DNA of 64,000 nt from Octopus vulgaris (GCA_951406725.2 OX597836.1:2542001-2606000), one strand, 5' to 3'. Numbered from the stretch's first letter, positions 12,193 through 28,642 are shown. Notes: generated from the letters alone by a model not told the origin. Translations and numbers: made by a program.

Positions 12193-12204
12193 TATTAATT
12201 TTTA

Positions 12205-12392
12205 TTTTTTTACTTGTCACAGTCGTTTGACTGCGGCCATGCTAGAGTACCTCCTTTAGTCGAACAAATCGACCCTAAGACTTATTCTTTGTAAGTCTAG
12301 TACTTATTCTGCCGGTCTCTGTTGCTCAAACGCTCAGAAACGGGGACATAAGCACACCAAAAACTGTTGTGAAGCGATGGGGGTGATAAACA
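12205..12392 (-). mobile_element. SINE family 2 3' portion
   Basis: Homologous to 57720-57900 (GACTGCGGCCATGCT.GAG..CC.CCTTTAG.CGAACAAATCGACCCTA.GACTTATTCTTTGTAAG). Confidence 0.8.
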
Positions 12393-12529
12393 ACATATAC
12401 AGTAATACATACATAAATACACACACACGCACAAATATATATATATTAATTTTTTCACTTCATTTTATTTTTGAGGTTTTTATGCTGACTTCTTGATAAA
12501 TTCTTATACAGATGTTATCCTATTTTTAA

Positions 12530-13000
<471 letters not shown>

Positions 13001-13239
13001 TTTTATGGCAAGAGATGATTTTCGAAATACAAAGATTACAAAATAGAGATTACCCGAATGTGGAGTCTAAAAGCCAAAAACAATCCCTTTAATATTAGGT
13101 GCATTAAGTATGATTAAGAAGCATACTGACAGACATATATAACCAAAACACCAGGACTTACGAACGTATATAACACACAGAAAACACTACAAGATATCCT
13201 ACATAAAACACTTTCAATACAACGATAATAACAACAACA

Positions 13240-13537
<298 letters not shown>

Positions 13538-14246
13538 TAGAGGGAGATAAATGAAAACGGATAAATCGCTAAAAACAAAGTTACCAACTTCACATGTGCA
13601 TATGCATACACGCGAAAACAATATGTATTTGTGAGTGTGTGTGCAAGTATGCGTGTGTGCGTGTATGTATGTATGTATGTATGTATGTACAGATACAGAC
13701 ACACACACGCATGTATACACGTATATATGTATGCGCGCAACAGAAATGGAAGGTCCATACGAGTGGTTCGGTGTTATTGACCAACCAAACTACACCCAGT
13801 TCTATGTATTGGTATATGCTGCCAGACAAGATTCCTTGGTTTTGCCAAATTCTAATTGATTCTTAAAACAATAAAAGAAAATTGGAACCACACCAAATTG
13901 GTAAGGAAAGATGGAATCCGAAAGAAGAAATCAATGCGAAGAAGTTCAAGTAATTGGAAAAAGACAAGAAGGAAAAAATGCAAACATAAATAAGGCAAGA
14001 AAACTGCAACAACGTTAAGAAGAAGAATAAAATAGTAAGATATTGGCTACAACAGCAATAAGCGTAAGAATTAGGAGAGCAAACAAAACAACGATAACAA
14101 CATCGGTAACAATAATAATATTACTACTACTAATAATAATAATAACAATGGCAATGTTACCCTTATTTGCCATATGGGCAAAAACATGAGTAAAAACATT
14201 GAAACACAAGGTAATAAATAATATACATTTTACTGCTTACACAAAC

Positions 14247-14498
14247 AAATACTTGTGTGCATACGCGAAAATGTTTGACATATACATATATATACATTTT
14301 TATGTTTGCATGTATGTATATTTATATGCATCTACACACGCACACAAATGACAGGCATCACATACACGCACACATATCATACAATTATATAAACGCATAC
14401 ATACATACATACATACATACATACATACATACATACATACATACATGAGAAAAATATATATATGTCAAGCATTTTCGCGTATGCACACGTAAGTATTT
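14247..14498. repeat. About 38-bp inverted repeat pair enclosing low-complexity spacer (MITE/fold-back-like)
   Basis: 14247-14284 versus 14459-14498: one mismatch and one 2-bp indel. Confidence 0.8.
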
Positions 14499-14509
14499 AT
14501 TTAATATAA

Positions 14510-14579
<70 letters not shown>

Positions 14580-14617
14580 TAATAATAATAATAATAATAA
14601 TAATATTATCATTATTA

Positions 14618-14840
14618 AGACAGTGAGTTAGCAGAATCGTTTGCATGATGGGAGAAATGCTTAGCAGTATTTCACCTGCCGCTACGTTCTGAGTTCAAAT
14701 TCCGCCGAGTCTGACTTAACTTTTCATCCTTTCGGAATCGATAAATTAAGTACCTGTTGAGTACTGGGGTCAATCTAATCGACTGGCCCCCTCCTACACA
14801 ATTTCGGGCCTCGTGCATAGAGTAGAATCGATTAATATTA

Positions 14841-14902
<62 letters not shown>

Positions 14903-15372
14903 CCTACAGTAAAGGCAGCACGCTGGTAGATTTGTGCGCACGCCGAGAAAAATGCTCATCTGCATTTCGTCCGGCTATATGTTCTGAGTTCAAATTCCGC
15001 CGAGGTCGACTTTGCCTTAGAACCTTTCAGGTTCGATAAAATAAGTACCAATTGAACGCTAAAGTTGTTGAAATCGACTGGCCCCGCCTCCCCGGAAAAG
15101 TCCAGGCCTTGTGCATTTAGTGGAAACGATTTATATTTAGCATTATTAACTCTGAAAAGTCAGCGTGGTGGCAGATTTGTTTGTCCACCGTACAAAACGC
15201 TAAGCATCTTTTTCTGTTTTTACTTTCTGACTTCAAACTGATCAGAAGTCGACTTTGTTTTTTAGACCTTTCCAGGTCGATGAAATAACTAGTAATTGAA
15301 CATTGAATTCAATATATTTGACTCGCCACTTCGCCCAAATTTCAGGCTTTTACCTAAAGAAGAAAGGATTAA
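14618..15372 (+). mobile_element. Cluster of three same-orientation SINE family 1 copies with tail B
   Basis: Copies at about 14618-14835, 14912-15135 and 15162-15372, each ending GGCCT.GTGC.T..AGTAGAAA.GATT-like; (ATT)n between the first two. Confidence 0.85.
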
Positions 15373-16589
15373 TACTCTTAGGTTCCTTTAAATCCACTAT
15401 GAGTGTCAGCTTTCTATTTTCAAGATGCAAAGGAGTGTGCACATATTCTGTGTAGCGTATGGTAGCACATAGGGGGCAGAGAAAACTTTAAATTTATTGA
15501 ATAACGTTTGACTGAGTATCTTTGAATTTTGCAGCATACCTATAAATATAATCGCACGAAAGGGATTTATAGGAGCTGAGCGACAGAACAGACACAGTAA
15601 CGATCCATTGAGGTGTTAGTGCTGGAAATCAAATCTTAACCGATCAACTGAGTCGATAAATACAAATGGACGTACGATAGCTGGATCGCTTTTGACAATA
15701 AAATTGTTCACCAAAAGCAACAAAAAGAAGAAAAAATAACGACAAAACAACTCGATTTAGAATGAAAACCCGTGGGGGTATCTGAGTAAAGTGTTCACTC
15801 AGGCTGATAGAAAGAACAGAGATATCCGGATTAAATAATAGCGATATTCCTCTCAACAGCACACAATCTTCATAAAACAAGCGATGACATAGTGCATGAT
15901 ATAATTCCTAAATGTGCTGCGCCTGACATAAAAAAAAAAAATGAGGAAGAAAAAAGGTGGGGCGGAAAAAAAAGACTAACTTTTCACAGCTGGAATGCGT
16001 TTGATCATAATTCTGTCAGATCAGTGTTGACCTATAGCTAATCAACAACAACAACCGTGACCTTTCCACACGTTGGATTGGCAACTGTTATTTGATTTCA
16101 TATAATAAAAATCTGAATAACTTAATATGTTACAGCTAGTGTGCATTCTGTAATATTGTCTTTGAAGTAGGAACATATTGAAAACACCTCCGAAGAATTA
16201 ATTACGTTGCGCTATAATTCTCCATAATTCTTAAAGAAAACAGCGTCTTTATCGGTTAGATCAACTTCGGAGGAAGTGTTTTGTGGTGTCGCTGGAGCAG
16301 CCAGAAATTACAGTTAAATTTACTTGTAATATACACTAATGTCTTAGAAGTGAGATACTAGAAAATTATGTGGTTCCGAAGAACAAAGGAAACAGCGGTG
16401 TCATTAAGGCTCCAATATATTTGTCTAACGTTCTGGTGAATCAGGGTGATCCACAGAATAAACGTCCTCGTTTGTTTATCGTTCGGTTCGTGAAGAAAAT
16501 AGATAAGGACAAAATTGAGATATTAAAAACTCACCCAGCATATTAAAAGAATTAATTGAAAATCTTAGATAAAAGCGTAACATTTTCGA

Positions 16590-16790
16590 ATTTTAGCACA
16601 GGTGGGCAATTTTAGATGAAGGATTAGTCGATTAAATACACTCCAATGTTCAGCTACAACTTACTTTATCGAACGTGAAAGAATGTAAGACAAAGTCGAT
16701 ATCGGCGGAATTTGAAATCAAAACGTGAAGACGGAAGAAATGCTAATAAGCTTTTCGCTCGGCGCGCTCAAAACTCGGCGCATTCGATAA
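16590..16790 (-). mobile_element. SINE family 1, diverged copy
   Basis: AAAGTCGATATCGGCGGAATTTGAA motif and flanking homology. Confidence 0.75.
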
Positions 16791-16796
16791 ATATAT

Positions 16797-17190
16797 ATTC
16801 TTTCTTACTCTAGGCACAAGGCCGGAGATTTTGGGGGAGGGGGCAGTCGATTAGATCGACTCCAGTACGCAGCTGGTACTTAATTTATTGACCCGGAAAG
16901 GATGAAAGATAAAGTCGACCTCGGTGGAATTTGAACTCAGAGCGTAACGGCAAACGAAATACATATTTCTTTACTACATACAAGTGGCTAAACACAGAGA
17001 GGACAAACAAGGACAGACATACGGATTAAGTCGATTATATCGATCTCAGTGCGTAACTGGTACTTATTTAATTGACCCCGAAAGGATGAAAGGCAAAGTC
17101 GACCTCGGCGGAATTTGAACTCAGAACGTAGCGGCAGACGAAATACCGCTAAGCATTTCGCCAGGTGTGCTAACGTTTCTGCCAGCTCGC
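16797..17190 (-). mobile_element. Nested SINE family 1 dimer: head + body + tail A, then GTATTTC + body + tail B
   Basis: GTATTTC on the minus strand at 17146-17140 and 16962-16956. The second unit lacks the head upstream of GTATTTC. Confidence 0.9.
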
Positions 17191-17608
17191 AGACTTTCGG
17201 TAAATATATATTACTGCCATAAGAATACATCACAAAGGAATTCAAATACATTGGTTTTTGGAGGGAAGAAATTGATTAACGAAACAATAATTAAAAACAG
17301 TTACAGAAAAATAACGTTGAAATGAATTCCATATCAAAGATGCCGTACAATTTCTGTATCAGGTTTAAGTTTATACGAATCGTCATTTCATCAAAGTGAT
17401 AAGAGAGAGAACAAATGCTTAACTCAGTCAATTTGGCCAATCGGGAGAGTTTTTAGACAGATCCCTTCATATTTTGCATTTACATGTAAACTTGTTATTG
17501 ATCAGTTGCACAAAGCCAGAAATATATTAACCATTACTTTGGGTTTTAGGTTGTATATAATCCTAATTGAAATATACATACATTATGCACACACACACAC
17601 ACACACGT

Positions 17609-17658
<50 letters not shown>

Positions 17659-17869
17659 TTTTACATATGAATGTATGTATGTATGCATATTTTTTATAAA
17701 TATATTCATTATGAAAGAATAATAAAATTTTACTCTACCAAACGTATTGAGCAAACCATCAATTTCCTGTAAGTCTGGCTTTACTGTAACATAAATACAA
17801 ACATTAACGTATATATATATATATATAAACACATACATGCACGCACACATTCACACACACACAAATATG

Positions 17870-17927
<58 letters not shown>

Positions 17928-17929
17928 TG

Positions 17930-17960
<31 letters not shown>

Positions 17961-18313
17961 GTAATATATCTTATGTCAGCATTGAGACACATCGAGGCAG
18001 AAGCCTATATTACAACAACCTATATTGGCATCCGACAGTTTGAAAATCATTTATGGAATACAAACAGGCAGTTGAACTTCAACATCGAGAATTCAGAAGA
18101 TCATGCCAGATATCAATCAAAGAATGGCGATGAGATATTCCACAACTTTTGCCGATATTGCTTCAGTTGCCAAGAGATACGTGTTACTTCACTCCTGGCA
18201 ATGACCAATACAAAATCAGACCAGACCACACGCATAGTTCATCTCGCACATTTTCGCTGCAAACTCGGACACATTCCATGCAAGCCATGATTAACACATA
18301 GTCACGTGTGTCT

Positions 18314-18379
<66 letters not shown>

Positions 18380-18550
18380 GAGAGAGTACGCGTCCGAATA
18401 TGTGAGAATGTGAACTGGTGTAGATTTGAACATATGTATGTGCATATGTACAATGAAACATATACATATACATGTGTATGTATGTATATATATACTTTAT
18501 ATATATACTTATATATTCTTAAGAGTATGTGGATATATATACAGAGAGAA

Positions 18551-18610
<60 letters not shown>

Positions 18611-18727
18611 ATACGTATATGGAGGGTGACGAGTCTAAACTTGCCGATTTTATATCTTCTTTTATTCGAGAAGAGCTTGATGAGTTGGTGAAAAGCCAAC
18701 GGCGCTGGAGAGCATAAATATAAAACT

Positions 18728-19321
18728 TGTAGTTAAGAAATAATTTAACTGATACGGAGGACTGGAAGCGAACTGAATATTGGGAAAGAATTAGCTATAT
18801 TATTGAAGATCGCGCTGGGTATAAAATCGATGTCATCATGGTTGATACTTAGGTTTCTATGAGTATTGCGAAGGCTGTATAACGCGGAAGCTGCTACTGA
18901 GGGAATAAAGCCATAGTCAGCGTGAAGGGGCGCATCAGGAAAAGACACAATTTTTAACAGGGACTTAGGTCCAATTCTGGTGTGTGAATCTGCTGGAGTG
19001 GCTGGGCAATCTCTGGTTGGAAGGGATTACCACTTGAAGGCCATGTGTAACACAGCACGTTTCTCCACCTTGCCATGCCTTGGAGAGAGCTAGAAGTGGT
19101 TCTCAGGGAAATTCTACGACTTCAACAGGTCCACAGAGTATCAGAGGTTCAACGCCAAGAAGTGTGATTTAGATGCTCCGTCCTCTTCTTTCGTCCTCCG
19201 CTGCTCTAACACTTCGCACTACAATTCCCGGTTGATGATAAACCAACTGTCTTAATCACACCAGTCACAGGGCATTGATAAATACACTAACATATTCTCT
19301 ACCATTCCCACTCTGGCAACA
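18728..19321. mobile_element. Possible solo LTR
   Basis: About 590-bp GC-richer complex island bounded by TGTAG...CAACA (TG..CA). No TSD found. Confidence 0.3.
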
Positions 19322-19414
19322 CATTAATCTATATGCATACACACACACACTTATATGTATGTATATATATGTACACATACACATTTATAAGTGTGTGTGT
19401 GAGCCTGTGTGTGT

Positions 19415-19494
<80 letters not shown>

Positions 19495-19785
19495 GAAGAA
19501 AAAAGAGAATGGAGATTGGGAAGTTAATTGGTTATTATTAACAACAACTCAGTCATCATCCCTTACAGCTGTTTCAATCAATCATCATTGAATCTAATTA
19601 AATTCATATGACCTAAACACAATATCTTGAGAGGGAATGAAAATATATCTTTGGATGTTTTATACGTGTTTATGGATTCATGTATATATATACCTATTAT
19701 ATTAAATCCCCCAAAGTAGTAGGTATTCAACCAGTATTTCTTTGGATGAAACCATGCCATCATGATGCTAACAACTTCTAATCGT

Positions 19786-19883
<98 letters not shown>

Positions 19884-19934
19884 GTATGTATAGACATACA
19901 CTCTCATATTCAATCGTATAAATTAATACATATA

Positions 19935-20070
19935 GCTTTCAGCAGAGTGGAGTAGGCGCGAAAGTTCAAAGACTTCCACCTTTCCTGAGCGTCGAACTAA
20001 TACAGCTTCTTTGTTGATCCTTCACATGTCTCCGTCTCTTTTAATTTGCGATTTGTAGAATTTCATGGTA
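19935..20070 (+). mobile_element. Decayed Penelope-type pseudo-LTR fragment
   Basis: CGAAAGTTCAAAGAC...TTTCCTGAGCGTC..ACTAATAC resembles the minus strand of 20260-20463. Confidence 0.45.
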
Positions 20071-20215
20071 TATATATATATGTACATACATGCAAATCCA
20101 TATACATTTTGATTTGTATGTCTATCTCTCTATCTGAATGTACGTGTGTATGTGTATATTTCTAAATGTATGTGTATGTACATATATACATATATGTATA
20201 TATTTGTGTATATGC

Positions 20216-20258
<43 letters not shown>

Positions 20259-20259
20259 A

Positions 20260-20463
20260 TCCAAACAAGAAAGCACAAAAAAGCACAACGCGAGGACGTG
20301 GAACAAACATAGTATTATTGGACACTCAGGAAAGAAGGAAAGAAGGAGGGTCTAAGGCTTCAAGCGGAGCTCTTCGTCGGAAACATAGGAGGAGGAAAGC
20401 TCCAGAGAAGGGAAGACATAGGAAAAAAATCGCCAACGGTACACACGCGGTCACATTTTGAAA
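20260..20463 (-). mobile_element. Penelope-type pseudo-LTR fragment with degenerate hammerhead
   Basis: Minus strand CCGACGA-A-GAGC-TCC-GCTT-GAAGC-CTT, a decayed CTGACGA / stem II / GAAAC-GTT at about 20360-20392. Confidence 0.55.
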
Positions 20464-20859
20464 GACCGATATGCGTACACAGACTTGCATACATATAGAA
20501 ATATATGGGTATACACATATATATACATATATATACACATATATATGCATATATATACATATATATATGCATATATATACACATATATATGCATATATAT
20601 ACACATATATACACATATATATGCATATATGTTATAAATGTAAGCACAGATTAAAGCATTCCGTCCGAAGCAACTTTACTGCAGATGCTGAGGGGCCAGT
20701 TGTAGTAGCCATGAATGCATAAAACAAATTGAAACGACGGAAGGGGCTGCCGTTTCTACAAGGAATGACCATATCTTTTTATACAGAATCGTACAATAAG
20801 CGCCAAGAGGTTATATTATCCTCGTAACTTATAAATTAACCTCTAACACATCATAATTC

Positions 20860-20903
20860 TTCTCCTTCTTCATCTTCTTCTTCTTCTTCATCCTCTTCTT
20901 CTT

Positions 20904-21000
<97 letters not shown>
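20860..21000. repeat. Compound (CTT)n-(ATT)n microsatellite
   Basis: Direct reading. Confidence 0.9.
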
Positions 21001-21001
<1 letters not shown>

Positions 21002-21547
21002 TTTCCTTTATATTTTCTCATGATAAAAATTGATTAAAGTTTTCTCACAATTTTTTAATGCATTTCTATTTTTTAACAATTTTCGGTTTGTTTTTTTTAT
21101 TATTTTAGGTTTATATATCAATATATTTCTGTTACTTTTACAATTATTTTTTTTTGTTTATTTCAATTCTCTTGCCTAAAAATGAATTTTTCACAGCGAA
21201 TTGGCGACTGAAATTTGGCGCCTGCTAAATCAAAAGAAATAAATAAATCTCACAGAAAATGATAGAACCACACACAGGCACATAAACATGGAACGTAAAC
21301 CATTTTAGGATTAAAATTTACAGTGTAATCAACACAGATTTCTAATTTTATTACATTCATTAACTCGACAAAGATCCCCCAACCCACCAAATGAATGTAT
21401 ATATGTATGTGTGTGAGACGAAGAGAGGCGAGAAAACTAGGGGAGACAGAGTAAGTAATTTCGAGTCAAGCGATAGATGATGAGAGGACCAAAGTTTGAA
21501 TGTGATAGAGCTAGCAAGAGAAATATATATATGTGTGTATATATATA

Positions 21548-21578
<31 letters not shown>

Positions 21579-21584
21579 GTATAT

Positions 21585-21625
<41 letters not shown>

Positions 21626-21655
21626 CATATATATATATGTATATCTGTATGTATG

Positions 21656-21738
<83 letters not shown>

Positions 21739-22742
21739 CGTAAACTCTCCCTATATGTACAGAGAGAGAGAGAGAGAGAGAAAGAAAGATAGAGATTGAG
21801 AGACAGAGCTGGAGATGGAGAGTGCAGTCGGAGAGAGGAGAGAGCTATGCGCGTAGTTCATGATTTCAGTAGCTGGTCATCTGTAGTTAAACAGGCTTTT
21901 ATGATCAAAGACATCATGGCCATACCCCGCCCCTCTTTCAGATGTTTGCGGAAAACTTCTGCGTAAAAACTTTGAAATCTGAAATAGATGTAATCTCTGT
22001 TTTGTCTGCTAATGAAAGCACTATTTGTGCTAAATAATTGTAGGTTCATGTAGCTGCTAGGAACTTTCGACAACATTCATTGAATTATATATTGTTATTT
22101 GCATATATGTGTATAGAGAAGCATAAAATCTCGCATAGCGCCGCGCGCACATCCACAAACGCACACACAAAATATACGTGCATATTTTTAGCAACCCCAG
22201 TCAAATGACTTGCCTTGTTGCGCTGTCGATTTACTCGAGACTCGAAACATGCAACAGCTTAGGACTTCACAAATGACATGGGCGATGCATGCATATATAT
22301 ATATATACATATATACACAGACACACACGCACACACACACATACTCACACACACACACACACATACACACATATATATCTATATACACGTACACGCACAC
22401 ACGTATGTGTATGTATGAGTGTCTCTCTCTTTCTCTTTTATTATTACTCACACTTGCACCATCAACACTACTACTTTAAATAAAACATCAGCAACTCTCC
22501 CTAAATCTCTTGATCTCTCTTTCTCTCCCGCTTTTTTTTTCTTTCTTTGTTTCTCTCTCTCTCTCCCTTTCACGTTCTCTCTGCGTCTTCATCACCGCCC
22601 TGAACGCCTCTATGCCTGATATTATTCTCACCCCTGCACGAAGAAGTATCATTGGATAGTGAGAGAGGAAGTTAAGGCGTGACACACTGACACATAGAAA
22701 TTTGTTTTCGCCTTTATTACATTATATTATATTATATTATAT

Positions 22743-22845
<103 letters not shown>

Positions 22846-23605
22846 CAGATATACATACATACATATATTATGTTTATAGCAAAAATATTGTTAGGCCAAA
22901 TCGTATCTTTAATTGTAGAATTCCTCATACAAAACTGACAAGAGGATCTACTTGTCATATAAAGGAATTCGATTGTATGTGTATTCTACTTGCATTTAAT
23001 CGTTAACTAAATGTGCTTAAAACTGAATGGTTTATTTACTTGGATCGAAATTTACCAGCATAAATGCAGGTGAGTTGACCACACCACATGAGGGCCTCTG
23101 AAGTTTAGGTCTGTATTTCGCAGCCACCCTTTTCTCATTTGTGTTCTCAATTAATCGTTTTCTTTTCGCAAACTGCAAAATAAGGTCATGGAGATATCGG
23201 TTGTGAATGAACCAAATTTTATAGCTGACCTGTTGAATCCAAAGAAACGAATAAAAACAAAACTAGTTGAAAAGCAACATCTGGGAATAATATAAATTCT
23301 GTAAATAATGAGTGGAATCTAATCAGAATGCATAAGTTACGGTTTCATAACGCTGCAATTCTAAATTGGGGACAAAAAATATTTAAAAATTGGAAAAAAA
23401 TATTTAAAATTACTAAACTGGGAAATCAATGAAATCGCATTTGGCTGACGTGAATTAAATAGCGATGGCCACAAAAATGCAAATAAACTGCATGTCCCTA
23501 CTCGCAACCACGTGCAGGCTAATTGTTGCTGAAGACATTTTTTTTTTGTCGTCGATGTTCGTGTTTTTATAATTGTTGTCGCATCATTTTCGCTCTCGCC
23601 ATCTT

Positions 23606-23657
<52 letters not shown>

Positions 23658-23816
23658 CACACACGAAATGTAAAATATATAACAAGAACGATTGGAGAGG
23701 TGGAGGGAATGCATACATACATAAATACATATATAAATATGTGTGTGTATATATGTAAATAGATACACACACACGCACACATATATACATGCGTGTAGTT
23801 ATATATATATATACGT

Positions 23817-23847
<31 letters not shown>

Positions 23848-23848
23848 G

Positions 23849-23892
<44 letters not shown>

Positions 23893-25119
23893 CATACATA
23901 TATATATACCTACATACATATATAAATATGCTCTCCATTTCTGCATTCAGTCATGTAAAACTCACAAATTACGTTCGTTTGATGATCATACAAAATTTTA
24001 AATACGGATACATTTGTGTGTGTGCGTGTATGTCTACATGTATATGGACACATACACATACACATACACACGCATATATACACATACTCACCCATATGCA
24101 TATGCATGTATGCATGCATTTAATAGATATATAGATAGACATAGACATATATACAGAGAAGAGGGAGTCGTAAGCTCCTGTATTGAACAATCTATGAGTA
24201 AAACCATGTGTCGCTCGGTTCGATCCCATAGCGCAGCAACTGATGCACTCTAGCCGAAGGTGTTGTACTGGCGTCATGTTCCTTTCCCCAAACAGCCATA
24301 AAATCGCTCTACATTCAACTAGCAATATTATTTGAATGCTTCTATCACATCCTATCATATCCTATAATACAAGCCGCTTTGCACAACATTCGTTCATAGA
24401 ATATAGCATCGTAAAAATACCGATTGCAGCGCAAAGCAACGCACGCCATTACAGCAACAACAAAGGAAAGCGATAAAATGTAAAACGAGTTAACTTTCAT
24501 TTCTCTTCGGCAAATTGTATGAATATTGCTCATTAAAAGAACCCTCGATATGCACTACAATCGTCCAAACATTCTGTCGCCCTAATGAAGAGCTAGAAAC
24601 TTGACGAATATTTCAAAGACATTATTGCCACGTAATTTGGAATTAATCAGGAATTCGGAACACCATAATTGTTACAATTACTGGAAAACATCAAACAGGT
24701 ATATTACCCTGCAACTGACCATAAAAAAAATTGTGATAGAGAGAAAGATAAATGGAGAAAAAGAGGGACGGTGATAGATGGCGTTGCGGAACGTTGGAAG
24801 CAAAGGAAATATGCGTGGCGTTTGATGGTGTGAGTAAAAATGAGAAAGAAGGAGAGAGAGAGAAGGTAAGAGAGAGAGAGAGATAAATGGCAGATTAATG
24901 GCTGTTTTTGAACATGGCAGCAAAACACAGTAGAATATGCAACACGGGGTTGGTTGAGCCAAAAGAAACCAAACTACGTGTAATTGCTTGGTCTGCTAGA
25001 GATAACAGTTCAATCTCAAATATAACACTCAGGTTATATATAAGTAAAGAAGAGCACATTATTCTTTTAAAAAGGTAAACACCATACATGTTAGTTGGAG
25101 GAGGTCTGCTTTTGGTCAT

Positions 25120-25262
25120 AAGCGGCGAACTGGCTGAATCGATCGCGTCGCCAGGTGAAGTATTTTGCTGATTTTCTCCCATCGCTAAGTTATGAGTTCA
25201 AATTCTGCCGAGACCGACTTTGCTTTTTATCCTTTCGGAGTGGATAAAACAAGTACAAATGT
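25120..25262 (+). mobile_element. SINE family 1, diverged, 3'-truncated
   Basis: GCGGCGAACTGGCTGAA head, GAGTTCAAATTC B-box and TATCCTTTCGGAGTGGATAAA core. Confidence 0.8.
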
Positions 25263-26420
25263 TGGGTATGAGTATAAACAACTGCCCTTCGTCTTCCAAG
25301 CCGTGTCGATCCAGTGTGGCAGAGGAAGCCCATCAATCTTGTATGATTTCAAACACAAATTAACAGCCTGGAATGCAGACCGTATCTAGTGGAGAGGACA
25401 TGCTGAGGCCTTTGTCTAGCAGTGGACTCAACATAGACAATCGAATCCAATGTCCTTATCGGTGTTGTGGTTATTATATTTAACGACAGTAGAAACCTGA
25501 TCACGCAGGTTTCTGATGAAATCCATACCAATTATGACCCTCACCTCCTTTCAAAGACGTAATAGACTGCTACTGCTGGTGTTGCTGCATTTCTATTAAA
25601 TATTGTTCTTGTAGTTGTTGTTATTGTTGCATCTCCTGCTTTCTCTGTTGTTGCTATTGTATATTTTCTCATTCTTTTAGTTGTCTAATGTTTTTATTGT
25701 CTTTTTCGCCCCTATTCAATCTCGTCTCTAACAACATATCAAATAAACTATTTCAACGATCTAATTCTCTGTTCAGAGCCCTGTATAAAACAGCATCATC
25801 TCATGGGCTCATTCCTTGCGTTTTTAAGGCATCACACCTTGATCTGAGGGACACTGGGTTGCGATTTCCAGCAAATCTAGCAAACAGGTAAAAGTTGCTC
25901 TCTTTCGTTCACGCAATATTATTGTCCTAAATTGCCAAGATTAATGAGACAAAATAAAATCAGGAAAAAAGAAAAGCAAAATCGATGATGAGACTCAAAG
26001 AACTACTGTTAAAGATACCAAAAACACCAGCAATGATTCGAGGGCAATTATGTTCAGCGGAACCATTTTCTTCGCAACGGATCCCTCTGAAGATTTTGCA
26101 CGGCCGCGGTTATTTTGGCTGCTGAGATGTTCATACAATCTTCTAGTTCTTAAGATTTTTTGATCTTCAGCTGGATTTACATACAGCGTACAGGGGGGAT
26201 GAGAGAGAAAGTGAGTGAAGGAGAGGAGGAGAGAGAGAGTGGAAAGAGGGCGTGTTGAAGGGAGATAAAAGTGTCGTGAATAGAAAGCGTGACAGACACA
26301 TATGCGAAGACTAATTCAAAGAATCCTGTTTGACAGAGAAGTCGTTAATGCATGAACCTGTTAAAGAGGAGTGGGTGAGGTGGTATGATGTAATATGTGA
26401 TCAGATGTTGAAGAAAAGGA

Positions 26421-26482
<62 letters not shown>

Positions 26483-26842
26483 TTGGGATTGAAAAGGTGT
26501 GTTTGTTTCTGAGTGTGTGGGTACGAGAGAGAGAGAGTGAGGGCGAGTGATGGAATGAAAGACCGATCGACGGATAACTGATTATATAAAAACTTCGAAA
26601 CAAAAGACTTTGTGTGAGCGATAGATGTGTGCACGTGTGTTTGTGTGTGTGTGTGTGGGTGTGTGTGTTTGCGTGAGAGAGAGAGAGAGAGAGAGAGAGA
26701 GACGGAAAGTTAGTATGTGTGTGTGTGATTGTGCTTGCGAATGACTTATCTATCGATCTGCCTCTATTAATTTACGTATATACGGATATGTTCTTTTATA
26801 CAGTGAAGTGTAACACACATATACATACACATGCATATGTAC

Positions 26843-26952
<110 letters not shown>

Positions 26953-26970
26953 CAAATATGCGCACACACG

Positions 26971-27013
<43 letters not shown>

Positions 27014-27424
27014 GTATGCATGGATATATGTATATATGTATGTATGTATATATGAACGTATAGGGAGACATATACGTACATATGCACACATATAATCAGC
27101 GTGCACTACATACTTTATTCGGCAATGAATTAAATGAACACAAACCTTTATACAAAATTCCCAAACAGCAAAGGATACGCGCACGTGCGCACACACGCGC
27201 ACACTTGACGCACGCAGACACACACAAAAATATACACACGCACACACACAAACACACACAAACACTACACTACACTATATCAGCCAATATAGATAGACCT
27301 ATATATATTTGTATGTATATGTATGTGCGTGAGTGTGTGTGTCTGTGTGCGTGTGTGTATGTATATATATATATATACATATATACATACATACATACAT
27401 ACACACATACACACACACACACAC

Positions 27425-27513
<89 letters not shown>

Positions 27514-27523
27514 TATATATATA

Positions 27524-27583
<60 letters not shown>

Positions 27584-28173
27584 CCCAAACGATATGCATT
27601 AGCACAGCTACTTCTGCAATCTGCTGCACAGAACACTCAGCACCGAATAGAAGACATAAACACACACACCACATAAAGTAGATAACAAGAACAACAACAA
27701 CAACAACAATAACGACAACAACAACAACAAATACAATTAGAGCGTAGCAAAAGCAACAACAACAACAACAAGAGCAACAAACGGCCGCGAACACAAACAT
27801 GAAACAAGGCTGAATCACTCGGCGCAGGTTTATAGTTTGGAAAACGGTGAAACAAAGCGATGTCGAACGATTCATCTCCCCCTCCTCCTCCTCCTCCTCT
27901 TTCCATAAACCGTATATATATACCCACCCACCCCCTCGCTTCTTTTCCCTCTCCCACCACAACATTCCCCTACTCTGTTGAACACTGCTGCACCCCCACT
28001 CCCCACTCCCCACCACCCCACCAAACCCATAACCAATTCAACATGGAATTGTCTTTGCAGAATTAGGCATGCAGCATTCTATTGCGTTTCCATTGAAGGC
28101 AGCGATGTTGCACATTGTGTTATTGCACATGTATAAAGGTTTAATGCAACGAGTATGGAAGAGAGAAAAACGA

Positions 28174-28189
<16 letters not shown>

Positions 28190-28214
<25 letters not shown>

Positions 28215-28261
28215 GCAAGGAGAGACTGAGTTAGATGATGATGTTGAGAGAAAGAGGGAGG

Positions 28262-28302
<41 letters not shown>

Positions 28303-28375
28303 GCAAGGAGAGACTGAGTGAGATGATGATGTTGAGAGAAAGAGGGAGGAAGAAAGAGAGAGAGAGAGAGAGAGA
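28190..28375. repeat. 88-bp tandem duplication within a GA-rich tract
   Basis: GCAAGGAGAGACTGAGT.AGATGATGATGTTGAGAGAAAGAGGGAGGAAGAAAG starts at both 28215 and 28303. Confidence 0.9.
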
Positions 28376-28528
28376 TGTGGAGAGGGAGAAAATGATCAAA
28401 CTTGCTGTATGTACCTTAACTGTTGTCTCTGGTTACGGAGCATTCATTAGGGTAATGACTTCGTGATAGGAGGGTTTGGAAAGAAAGGAGAAGAGTGAGA
28501 GGAGGAGTGAAAGATAGAAGGGGAAGCG

Positions 28529-28642
<114 letters not shown>

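Noticed and set aside
13744-13811. Exon-like segment EMEGPYEWFGVIDQPNYTQFYVL
   Set aside because: No polypyrimidine tract, weak donor and no recognisable homology.
17973-18290. 105-aa non-repetitive ORF containing TYIG
   Set aside because: No further GIY-YIG motifs or convincing splice signals; cannot be assigned.
27082-28016. 199-aa and 248-aa ORFs, and the many similar YI/CV/HT/ER/LSIY ORFs in the track
   Set aside because: Translations of microsatellites.
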